From positions 124,001 to 188,000 of the forward strand of contig CP110440.1 of assembly GCA_026914245.1 (NCBI GenBank): a DNA stretch of 64,000 bases. Direction: 5' to 3'. Below the pieces are notes generated by a model. It made no database searches, had not been told where the DNA came from, and worked only from the letters and a program-made list of their open reading frames with translations. This document shows, piece after piece, positions 53,300 through 64,000 of the stretch (position 1 is its first letter; each line of letters starts with the position of its first letter). Both the position numbers and the translations under genes were made by a program. The stretch is from Puccinia triticina. Its lineage: Eukaryota.

Positions 53300-53585
53300 G
53301 AACCTTGAAGGGGAGGAGAATCCACTGTTGGCCGACAAACAATCAATTGTGAATGCCGCAAAGGTGAACTTCAGCTTCACAAAGATTATTTTTCTGATAA
53401 CCCATCATATCTGGAAGAAATTTTTGCCGACAGTTCCGAATGCACTGAAGCTTATTTGTCCGAATTCTCAATGAAGTTGTGGCATACAATCAATATTTTG
53501 TCCAGAAGCGGAACGCCTCTGGTCATCTTGGGTTTTCGCCGTATCAAAAGATATCATGCGCCATGAGGATGCTTGCTTATGGCTG
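53300..53585 (+). mobile_element. PIF/Harbinger-like transposase N-terminal fragment
   Basis: YFVQKRNASGHLGFSPYQKISCAMRMLAYG motif. Confidence 0.7.
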
Positions 53586-55345
53586 CAGTTTTGGTCTTTG
53601 GTGTTTTTTTGTTTGCAGGCTTGTTGGCTTTCTTTCCTTGAGTGGGTTGATGGTTTTCAACTTGTGGAGATGGTGTTCTCGGTGGAGGGCTAGGAGCAGG
53701 ATCTTGCAGAGTTGGATCAATCATGTTGTTGGCGCGGGTGATGACTGGCAAGTGGGCGATGTCTGGTGTGTAGCAGCCTGGGTCCCGGGTGGCAATGGGA
53801 TGGGGTTTGTAGCCAGCCGCGGTCTGGGATGGGATGGACCTGGATCGATCACAGGTCGTTTAATGGGTCTGCTGGACCCCCAAAATGTGGAGTGACCTGC
53901 CAAACGAGTCCAAAACTTGCACGGTCCAAGCTCTGCTGGAGATGCTCTAATCACTTGATTAGGGCCTCCTTGATTACATTTTTGACCAACCTTTTTTTGC
54001 CTGTTGCTCTGGCACAGGCTGGAGGGTCAATCCGAGGTGCCCTCCGGGGTGTTTGGGGATTAATTTAAACTTTTATGGGATTTTTGCTAATGAGCAGAGG
54101 CAAAAACTTTGATCTTGCCTTCTGTGTTTCTGTGATTTTAATAAACTTGGATTTCATAGTGCTCATCATTACTTCACTTCATCATTACATTACATAGTGC
54201 TCATCATTACTTCACTTCATCATTACATTTCATCATTGCTCATCTTCAGAAATTGTTACATTGTGCTCATCATGATTTCCCCCTTGTTGTATTTCCTGGG
54301 AGGGAACCGGAGCGCAGCGTAGCGCAGCAAGGTCCCGTGGTCCATGGGCTAAGCCCGTAGTGACAAGTCCTGGGACGCGTTACTAGCGCCTCCCTTCCCC
54401 TAGGAAGGGGCAAGCCACGGGTAGGCTAGGGAGCTGGCACCCGGGCACTCGTAGGCGCCTCAGCCGCTGTATCTACAGCAACAGAGACGCCAGGTCTACG
54501 TGGCACGTGGCTGTGCTAGCGGCCCAGGGACGGTCCCGATGGGACGAGGTCGCTGGAGAAGACATAAATAGAAGGTACCTCAAGTGCCCATCTTGTCTCC
54601 CCAGCTCCTTCCTCTCCCATCAAACCTGAGCATCCAGTCGTTTTACGCTTCCCACCTTTCTTCTTTTCGGCAAAAACACTCTCAAGTGCACTCTCATTAG
54701 CCAAGTTATCCCTACGTAAACCTCTTTTTTGCTTTATTAAAACCGCAAGAAGCATGAACAACCGTATCACTCAGTTAATCAACAAATTCCGGGCAGCAGC
54801 CTCTGGCTCAGATCCCAACGCCAGCAGCGCCGCTGCAGCCCATAGCGGCTCGGCCAACCCTGACAAAGGAAACCAGACCACAGACTCCCAGGAGCTGTCG
54901 GAAGACCAAGGACCGTCCAATGGCCAATCAGGCTCCCAGGCTCCGGCCGCAGGGAAAGGAGGACCAAAGAAAGGCGGCATCCAAACAAGGGGCGCAGCCA
55001 AAATTGGAGTCGTCCCAGACTCAGAGGAAGCTGAACCGGCGACAACCGCTACGGTGTCGAAAGGCAAAGGCGGCAGTGGCTACCCGTGTCGGTCTCTACA
55101 TGCTCCAAAAAGCTGGGTGTCCGAGAAGGGGAAACCCTCATGGGGTGGACCAACAACACAACAACCGAGGCAGCTACCAAAATAGGCGCTCCCACGACAT
55201 CCACGTCAACGAAGAGTGTAAGATCATCCAGAAGCTCCTGGTAGAACTTCAGATTGATCTGGTGGCGAAACGGGTCACATCAGCCGAGAACAAAGCCGAT
55301 AGCTTGTCAAGATGCGACAACTCCGGGCTAGGACCCAGCTTCCGG

Positions 55346-55761
55346 GTAAGGTTCTGATCCGGTGCCCCGGAGCCGGATATCACCCATCCCGCACCCTGAC
55401 CCTGGTCCTATCCGGAATCCGGCCGGATTTTCCCGGATCTGAAAGCAAGGGGCATTTCCCAAAAAAAGTGCCAATTTGATTGGGTATGCCGGGGATTCCC
55501 CGGTAGAGTTCCCAATTCATGCGGGTTTGACGGGTATTCCCCGAGAAGAGTTCCCAATTCATGCGGGTTTGACGGGTATTCCCCGAGAAAAAACCCTATT
55601 TTCGGGTGTTTTCTGAGGTTTACCCGCATAAATCTCGCTTTTGGAGCGCTTTTCACTATCCGACCAGATTCCGGATCTCTCGAGCTCAGTCCCGAACCCT
55701 GATCCGGCTTGCGGGGTTTCCGGATTTCTCCGGATCTGCGGGGTCCGGATTGGAACCTTAC
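55346..55761. mobile_element. MITE with 39-bp internal repeats
   Basis: GTAAGGTTC...GAACCTTAC inverted ends. Confidence 0.6.
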
Positions 55762-55998
55762 TTCTGGGTACCAGTACTGCTACCGCTAGACCTAGACTGT
55801 CTTTTCTGGCAGGTCCGAAGTAAAACACCGCAAGCCACGTTTTGTAACTAGACTGCGTACTTGTTATCATACATGTTCCGTTCGTATTGTACTAAACCAA
55901 TGGTAGCGTTTTGAACATGCTTGCTTGCAACAACGTTTGTATTTTACTACCAACGGTGGCGTTTGAACATGCTTGCTTGCAACAACCAAGACTTATTA

Positions 55999-56221
55999 GG
56001 GGGTTTCAAAGTTGACCAGATGCAACTTGCATGCACTTTTGCAAGGCGGTGTTCAAGTTCATTCTTGAACACCGAGTTGCAAAAGTGCATGCAAGCCACA
56101 CTGTATTACACCCCATAAGCCTGCTTGAATGTTTTTTTTGGATTTTGGTGTTCAATAAAAGCCTTGAACACCAACTTGCAAAAGTGCATGCAAGTTTTGC
56201 ATGGCCAACTTTGAATCCCCC
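55999..56221. mobile_element. MITE flanked by TA (Tc1/mariner-like); related copy at ~9800-9972
   Basis: GGGGGTTTCAAAGTTG..CAACTTTGAATCCCCC TIR. Confidence 0.75.
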
Positions 56222-56466
56222 TATTGTTGCAACCTAGCTATTGGGCTGGTCGCACCCAAGCTCAAATTTGGCGAGACACCGGAAAACCGGCCAGCCACAA
56301 AATAGCAGCGACAACGCTGGTTAAATATTTATCGGGCATCAAGGCCTGGCACCTTTACCACAAGAAGCCGTACCCAAAAGAATGGGAGGGGCGAGTTGAA
56401 ATCTTCGTGAAATCAGCAGCTAAAGCGGACGCCGCAGCACCTAAAAAACCAAAAAAAGAGGCAATA

Positions 56467-56666
56467 AGGGTGTTCAAAGTTGAAATCATAAAATTTTCAA
56501 TGCATAAAATCATAAAATTATAAAACTTTCAAGTGATGATTTCATATGTACCATTCTAGAAATGTTGCTCTAATTTGAGTGCTTGGGTGCAACATATTTT
56601 TTTCAGCTTAGAATTTTATGATTTTATGGTGTTATGATTTTATGCAAGTCAACTTTGAACACCCTA
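56467..56666. mobile_element. MITE
   Basis: AGGGTGTTCAAAGTTGA..TCAACTTTGAACACCCT; removal restores the YR frame (EAIHLSHMVF). Confidence 0.8.
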
Positions 56667-57082
56667 AATACACCTTTCACATATGGTGTTTTTAGCCGAA
56701 GAGCTGGTAGACGGCACGCCCGAAGAGAGAGCCGTCTCGGATCTTGCTATTGTAGCGTTCTGGGGGATGGCCCGACTAGCAGAACTAACATACGACACAA
56801 ACAAAGGGTCGCTACAACGCTCCATGAAGTTGCTGAACTCTGACGTCTCAACCGAAGATCCAGAACAAACAGTCCTCACGCTACGCAGCGCAAAGACATG
56901 CAAGCCAGGGGAAACCCAGCAGATAAAATTGGCTCGGCTCCCGAATGCCTTATGCCCGTCCTGGGCAGCGCAGCGACGTCTAGACGAAGCAGGTACAACC
57001 GCAAAAACCTCTCTTTTCGGTTACAACGCGGACGGGGAACGCCACCACCTGGCAAGGTCGGCGGTAATCTCAATACTCACGA

Positions 57083-57471
57083 CAACAAAGGGTAGTTACG
57101 CTACGCGTAACGCGTAGATAAAGGTAACGTAACAAAATTTTTGTCGTTATCTACGCGTTACACGTAACGGCAGTGCGATTACGTTATTGCAACACGTTGA
57201 GCCGGTTTTTTTTATGCTCGTTGCGTTATCCGGGCGCGCGGAGCCCTTGAGAACGGGCAAAAAATGAGGCTAAAAAGCCTTAAACGATCCGTTATCACGT
57301 TATCCCGGGGATAACGCGATAACGGGCCTCACAAATGAGGCCCATTACGTTACGCGCGGGGCCTGAAATGACCCCGTTACTAGTAAAGTAACGGGGGGCC
57401 CTGGATAACGGGGGTAGTTACGTTACCAAAATTGCGCGGATAACGCAACGTAACGTAACTACCCTTTGTTG
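57083..57471. mobile_element. CpG-rich MITE with 7-bp TSD
   Basis: TIR CAACAAAGGGTAGTTACG; TSD CTCACGA. Confidence 0.85.
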
Positions 57472-57666
57472 CTCACGAGGACCTGGACCAAAGGGAGCTT
57501 CCACAAACTCTCCGGAAACTCCTTCCGAGTAGGTGGCGCATCACTACAGATGGCCTTAGGGATTGACGTAGACGAAATATGCTCTCTGGGGCGGTGGAAG
57601 TCCGACTGCTACAAGCTGTACATCAGAGAATACACGCCTACCCAAATCAAAGACACCCTTGTCTTA

Positions 57667-58482
57667 GGCCCCAATTATAAACAATATTTGAAACTTTATT
57701 CAAATATATTTACAATTGTTTTGAAGCCCAGTTATAACTCATTCATAGCTGAATACAGGGTTTCAAAAGTGATTCAAAACCTGGCCAATTATAAACCCAG
57801 GCGCACAAACAGCCAATTTTGGCATTGGTGAGCAAGAATGCTGGCCAACTGGACTGTTCTACTTCACTAGGGGTCGACCAGTTGGCATGGGAACTCTCCT
57901 GGGGCTCGCAACCCAGTCGGCGGGCTTGCGTCGAACGGAGCCTATCTCAATCTGCAGACCTTGCCCGGCGGCTTTGGCCCGGGCCCCTTCAGCAACCCCA
58001 AGCCTCTCAAACGGAGGGGCCGAGGGACCCCGTCCGGAGGGCTTTCCGTACACCCGGGGACTCCTTTGACGAGGATCCCAAGGAATCCTCACAGGATTCC
58101 GCGTAGTGCCCCTGCGCAAAGTCAGGCCAGCAGCTGTTGGTCCACACGTTCTCGTGGGGAGGGGATGGAACGAGTGGGTTTGGGGGTTGGGTGGTGGATA
58201 CTGGCATCCCAATTCAGCCAGCCAGATGTGTACATGGTTGATTGAAAGACACATCAACCTCAAGATTTATGGTACAGGAGCTCATACGGTGTATTGAGAC
58301 CTGTAATCATGTACATTAGCAAATTTTGGCAAATTTCAATTTCAAAAGTCCTCGATGAGGACTTTTGAGCTCAAAAACACTTTTGAAACCCTGTATTTAA
58401 CTATGAACAAGTTATAACTGACCTTCAAAACAAACGGAAATATATTTGAATAAAGTTTCAAATATCGTTTATAATTGGGGCC
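57667..58482. mobile_element. PIF/Harbinger-type (Tourist-like) MITE with a nested GC-rich insert (~57858-58200)
   Basis: TIR GGCCCCAATTATAAAC..TATTTGAAACTTTATTC; TSD TTA; the empty site GTCTTACTATCTGA is visible in YR copy 2 at ~59297. Confidence 0.85.
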
Positions 58483-58503
58483 TTACTATCTGACCTGCAG
58501 GAC

Positions 58504-59320
58504 AGGGCGAGACGCCGGGAAACCAGCAAGCCACGAAATAGCAGCGACCACACTGGTTAAATATCTATCTGGCATCAAGGCCTGGCACCTGTACCACAAA
58601 AAGCCTTACCCAAAAGAGTGGGAAGGACGAGTCGAAATCTTTGTAAAGTCGGCAGCCAAGGCAGATGCCGCCGCACCTAAAAAACCAAAGAAAGAGGTGA
58701 TCCATCTCTTGCATATGGTGTTCTTGGCTGAAGAGCTGGTAGACGGCACACCAGAAGAGAAAGCCTTCCTAGACCTCGCCATTGTGGCATTCTGGGGGAT
58801 GGCTCGGCTAGCGGAACTGACATACGAATCACAGGAAGGGTCGCTACACCGCTCCGTAAAGTTGCTCACCTCCGACGTCTCAACTGATAACCCAGAGCAG
58901 ACGATCCTCACGCTCCGCAGTGCGAAGACTTGCAAACCGGGGGAAACCCAGCAAATTAAATTGGCACGACTCCCAAACGCCTTATGTCCATCCTGGGCAG
59001 TACAAAGCCGCCCGGACGAAGCGGGTACAACCACAAAAACCTCTCTTTTTGGTTAAAACGCAGAGGGGAAACGGCACCACCTGAAAAGGTCGGCGGTAAT
59101 CTCGATTCTTGCAAAGACTTGGGCAAAAGGAGGCTTCCACAAGCTCTCTGGACATTCCTTTCGAGTGGGCGGCACGTCACTACGGATGGCCTTAGGGATA
59201 GAGATAGACAAAATCTGCTCTCTGGGAAGGTGGAAGTCCAACTGCTACAAGCTGTACATCAGAGAGTACACACCTACCCAAACCCAAGAAGCGCTTGTCT
59301 TACTATCTGACTTACAGGAT
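58504..59320 (+). pseudogene. Tyrosine recombinase copy 2 (premature TAA at 59054-59056)
   Basis: Same motifs as copy 1; HSFRVGGTS..GRWKSNCYKLYIR downstream of the stop. Confidence 0.85.
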
Positions 59321-59798
59321 AGGTGGGAAAACAAGAACTAGGAAATATAACACGTGGCAACTCAGTCAAATGACCACAAGTATGTGGGGTATTGTGCGAG
59401 GCTCAGGCTTCTGGTCTTTCGCCAGAGTTGATGGGTCTAGCACTGATCCCCCACTAGCGTGCTCCTTTTTCTTCTGCTCCGGGGGGTTTTTCACTCCTCT
59501 CGAGCTTCAAGACACAAAACAAAGTTTGAGGTGTCTTCAGAGGCTCGAGGGACACGGGGTGGAAACCCCCCCCCCCCCCGACCCACACACGGCCGACTTG
59601 GAACCCCCCCCAAAGGGGTTCGGGCCGGCCTAGGGCCCGCGTGGAAAGAAACCTTCTTCACACGGGCCTGAACCTTTAAGAAGAAAAAGTGAGACACTGG
59701 AAGGGGCTCCAGTAGTCCAATATGGACAAGAGAGCCCCTCCCGCTACCCAACCAAGGTTCCCAGAGGGACCTAAGTTGCGGAGGGTGCGTAAAATGGA

Positions 59799-60270
59799 TC
59801 ACATATATACTCCCCTCTAGATGTTGTATCCCCACATGCACTTTCTACCCCATACACCCTGTATGACCTTTTTACCACACCATTAGATTCACCTTCATCA
59901 GTACATATTTCACCACACCATTAGATATCATTGCCATTCACACATCTTATACACTTTCATACATACCAGAAATATATCCCCCTGCATACATCATTCACAT
60001 TTGCACATCACCTTTCATCTTTGCCCCCTCTACTCCTCCTCTCCTCCTCATACCCTACAGGTACAAGTAGTCAGCTCATAGTATTAGTCAGTCTAAGATT
60101 ATAGTAGAAAAACCACACCTTTCTTCTTTTTCTTAGTGTTACACTCATCCCCAGCAGTATTAGTCAGGAAGGCAGCTCTTATATCAGCATCCTTGGCATA
60201 GCTTACATTATTACTAGTGTAGTTATACATTTCCCTTCCCAGCTCTATTCTCTCATTTGAGTAGTTCCAC
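59799..60270. mobile_element. Right part of an LTR split by the YR element
   Basis: Reverse-complement homology to 39723-40270; ends TTCCACA. Confidence 0.75.
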
Positions 60271-60383
60271 AGCGGATAACAGCGGTTATCATAGTGTATT
60301 GTAACTTAAACTACCCATTTTTGCTGCTGGGTTTTGCTTTTCTTACCTCAATTAATCCTGGTGTGTTGCTGTGGTGTCCTAGC

Positions 60384-61190
60384 CCTCCAGTTGTCACCCT
60401 ATCGTACGCGCGAACAATAGGGTGACATTGGCGAAATGCAAAACAGATTCATATTCATATGCATCTGGAATTTTCAAAAACATAAACAACAACACAACTG
60501 AGCGGCTGATTTGTGTAACGCTGTTGGTTCCTCTATACAAAATCTGGCAAATAAAAGCTAGTCTTGACTTTAACCAGTTTTCTGCCCCTTTTACATGATA
60601 TTCTATCCATTTTCTGAGGTAAATTCAAGGAAACTCCCATCACATTAAAGGAATAATTTCCTTCCAGTTGTCACCCCATTGTACGCGTGTAAAATAGGGT
60701 GACATTGACGAAATGTAAAACAGGGCGATGTGCATATGCATGTGGACATTGCAAAAGCAAAATCTAAGAAGCTGATCTATGTGAAGCAGTCGTAAACTCT
60801 GGATGAACTCTGGAACAGGAAAGGCAATCTTGACTTCAACTAGTTTTCTGCCTCTTTTACATAATATTCTAGCCATTTTTTGAATGGAATTCCAGGAAAA
60901 TCCAATCAATCTGAGGGAACTATTGTACTCCAGTTGTCACTCCATTGTACGCGCGTACAATAGGGTGACATTGGCGAAATTTAAAACATTTCCATGTGCA
61001 TATGCATCTGGAAATTGCAAAAACAAAAACACAACTGAGCCGCTGATCTACATGAAGGGGTTGTGACCTCAGATGAACTGTGGAACAGCAAAGCCAGTCT
61101 TGAATTCAACCATTCTTCCACCCCTTTTACATACTATTCTAGCCATTTTTTGGTGAATTTCTAGGAAACTCCTATCACTTTGAGGGAATC
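60384..61190. repeat. Three ~270-bp tandem units, each starting with a ~36-bp hairpin
   Basis: TGTCACCCTATCGTACGCGCGAACAATAGGGTGACA and variants at ~60392, ~60669, ~60935. Confidence 0.8.
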
Positions 61191-62689
61191 ATTTATATAA
61201 ACTACTTTTAATAAAGTATGTGAAGAATTCATTTCACCCACATGTTTTGGATTGATGTCACATCTCAAATTTCAAAATATAACAATGGGGCCAAAGAATT
61301 TGTCATGTCACATGCAATGGCGGGTAGGTACAGTATGGATATCAGTAACATACCAATATTGTAACAATTTTTTGCTTTTTACCACTACCACTAACATAAC
61401 AGAAGTGTGCTACAATATCACACCTCAGGTAGCTTTATTTTTTTTTACATTATTTACAATATCTGGTGGCGTAGAGGGGCAGATATTGGAAAATTTATTG
61501 GAAAGAGGAGGCCATTTAACCCTCTGTATTGTGTTACTCAGTGGTTAACGTGTTGATAGTAAAGTCAGCCTGAAAAAATTTACCTCTTTAAAATGTGGTC
61601 CCGGGCTTAAAAGTTATTGTTACTAATACCAATACCACCTGAGGATAGTAACAGCAAGTGTTACACTACACAGATAAAGGCAGCTATTTTACTGTATTGA
61701 AACAACCAATTTTCTGGGGTTCACAAGGTGTCACCAATGGACACCTGCCCTGTCACAGCCTTGTAGATAGCCCGTTCTCATTCCTTCTCTGGCTCAGTAG
61801 AGAACTGACACCCTTCTCTCTGAGCCAGGTAAGCTCTTCCCTCTTTTCTCTTCTTCCTCTCAAGGAGAGAACTGACACCCTTCTCTCTGAGCCAGTAATC
61901 AAACCCCCCTGTGTTTGGTCCTAGAACCGCTCTAGGCTTTCCGCCTTGTCCCTTGTGCCTGTTCCACCTCACTCTCAGTGAAGGACTAACAGAGTCCTTA
62001 CATTTTGTCACATTCATGAGGCTAGCAGTTACTGCACCACTCTGTAGTTGTCTTGTAAAAATGGTGGGTAAATACAGGGTAATTTAGCATTAGGGTGGCA
62101 GTGCTAACCACAACTTTTCCTTTGCAGTGTTACAATTCTGCCACCCCTGCTAAGCTATTTTATGCTCTGAAACAGTCCTTGCAGCGGAAAAAAAGTCTAA
62201 AAATCTGCTAAATAGTGCTGTAGCGCAGCGTAAAAGGCGCATGTTTGTGTCCTTTGCGTGTAACTTCAGCACAGAGATGGTTCAATTCTGCTACTTGACA
62301 CCAATTTGTAGCGGAATTGTGATACTCTAAGGTGAAAATAGCTGTTGCAGAATTCCTTTTAGCTGATAACAGAGAGGTTTTTAATTCACAGTTCCTTTGA
62401 AGATGTGATATCTATCTGCAAAGGGATTTCACACCACAGTAAAAAGAATTTGGGGATGCAAGAGTTGATTTGGAAATGTAAAACATGGGTTAGGATTGTA
62501 ATGAACTTGACTTCAATATGAATTCAATGTAGTTGAATGATAATTCACATTGAATAGTTACATATCAATCCAAATTCGATTGGCCTATTGTTATTTCCAA
62601 GTAATGAAACAATTCAAACATCAGATAGTAAGGAATTCCGCCTCAGTTCAGACAAAAACTAGCACCAAATTCAGTTGTGGCACTTCATG

Positions 62690-64000
62690 GGGAGTGCCCC
62701 CAAAGCTTCCCTGGAGAATGGTCAGGACATCCTCAGGATAATAATTTACCGCTTAGTTGAGAAGCATGGCGGAAAATTTGAGCTGGAGTCCATGCCACTG
62801 GATTTTGTTTGGCTGGCTTGGAGTCACACTGGAGAATATCTTGCCAAAACAATGCAGTTGGTTGTCAAAAAGGTTGATGTTCAAGATATAGTAGGTAAAT
62901 TAATCCCTTCTTCTTCTTGCTAGACATTTTTACGACCTGATTCATCCCCTCCTAATCAGATTTGTGGCATCATTGCCAACAATGCCTCAAATAACTTGTC
63001 AATGGTGGCGGCAATGAAAAAGTTTAAATGGCCTTGATTCAAAGGTGAACCGCAGTGGATCAGATGTTTTGCACATATACTCAATTTGAATTTCCATTCA
63101 ATCATGTGACCTTTCAAGAAAGTCAAAAATAAAACTACTGGTAACCTGGTGTCCAATCTCAAATCAGATGAGGAATCAGAATATGAGGATGCTGAGAATC
63201 AGATCCGTAGGCAAGTTCTTTTATCATTTAATAAAAGGTAAAAAAGATTCTGATCTTTGAGTGGCCACATAGATACAAGAGCAAGGTTTCCATATGTGGG
63301 GAAGATGATCCTGCAAAAGGGGACCCTGCTGACAGTGAAGATTTGGAAGAATACATCTGCAATGATGGGTTGTAGTCTGACTTTGAAGAGAATGACCTCT
63401 ACATTTTGGTTTTGTGCAAGCAAAGCTTAAATAAGGTAAATGATTGAACTCCGCACGTGTTTCATAATCTCACAGTACTTCTTCCTAGTTCTGTGGCATA
63501 GCTCGCAAGCTGCGCAAATCTTCCAATTCAAAGGCCAAGTTCATCAACCTATGTGCCAAAATGGAATGCTCAAAACCTCACAACATTGCGAGAGATGTCC
63601 AAACACAATGGAACTCCACCTTTGCTCAGCTCAAAGGCATCATCCAATGTGAGAAAGCAATGTGGGTAACTTATCTGAGATGCTCATTTAACATGAAAGC
63701 TGATTATCATTTACGGGGCAGCTTCATATGGCAAAAGGACCACAAATGTGGGCTGCCTTGGCGCTATCACATGAGCAAGGTTGATATACACTTGGCTTGC
63801 GACTTGGTTGCAATCCTGCAGATTTTCTATGAACAAACACTCCAAATATCTGTGTCTGAATCCGCTCGACTGACTCACATTATTGTCTTCATAGATGAGA
63901 TAACCAAACATCTTTCAAATGTGATCAAGGGAGACAGCAACAAATACCCACCTGCACTCCAAAATGCATGCAGACTTGGCCTTCAGCTCACAAATAAATA
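62690..64000 (+). mobile_element. Degenerate hAT transposase (second copy), runs off the window
   Basis: MPLDFVWLAWSHTGEYLA, WIRCFAHILNL, RDVQTQWNST; stops and frameshifts. Confidence 0.82.

Larger units (their letters stand above)
56270..57666 (+). pseudogene. Tyrosine recombinase copy 1, interrupted by MITEs
   Basis: KYLSGIKAWH, AFWGMARLAEL, LRSAKT, SFRVGGAS..GRWKSDCYKLYIR; insertions at ~56467-56666 and 57083-57471. Confidence 0.85.
54296..59798 (+). mobile_element. Internally deleted tyrosine-recombinase retrotransposon (DIRS/Ngaro-like) inserted into an LTR
   Basis: Gag-like ORF start at 54754; RNase H tail NEECKIIQ..VTSAENKADSLSR; YR motifs. Flanks rejoin as the LTR seen at 40240-40340 with no TSD. 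Confidence 0.8.

Noticed and set aside
56224..59310. Phage integrase or prophage interpretation of the tyrosine recombinase
   Set aside because: Adjacent RNase H tail and gag-like ORF indicate a fungal YR retrotransposon; no phage genes

Overview
Eukaryotic, intron-containing, repeat-rich fungal DNA. It resembles a rust fungus (Pucciniales, Puccinia-like); this is an inference from short GT-AG introns, the TE types present and CpG-decayed repeats. There is no prokaryotic operon structure and no CRISPR array. A GC-rich head-to-head housekeeping pair (WDR89-like WD40 gene and PUS1-type pseudouridine synthase) sits inside a cluster of four same-strand paralogous genes for OTU (ovarian-tumour deubiquitinase)-fold proteins, three of which retain a predicted signal peptide. 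One copy has an intact DGNC...HY catalytic site. The other three encode tandem OTU-like domains, and the catalytic Cys is replaced by Asn in all five domains where that site survives; one copy is 5'-truncated and one has a mutated splice donor. This candidate 'active DUB plus pseudo-DUB' secreted effector family is the most notable signal. The rest is nested TEs: foldback elements sharing the 8-mer TAAATTTA at every junction, a 6.3-kb CACTA element filled with 173-bp satellite-like arrays, Ty3/Gypsy, hAT, PIF/Harbinger and tyrosine-recombinase (DIRS/Ngaro) remnants, solo LTRs and MITEs. Exon models and family assignments were made by eye without database searches.
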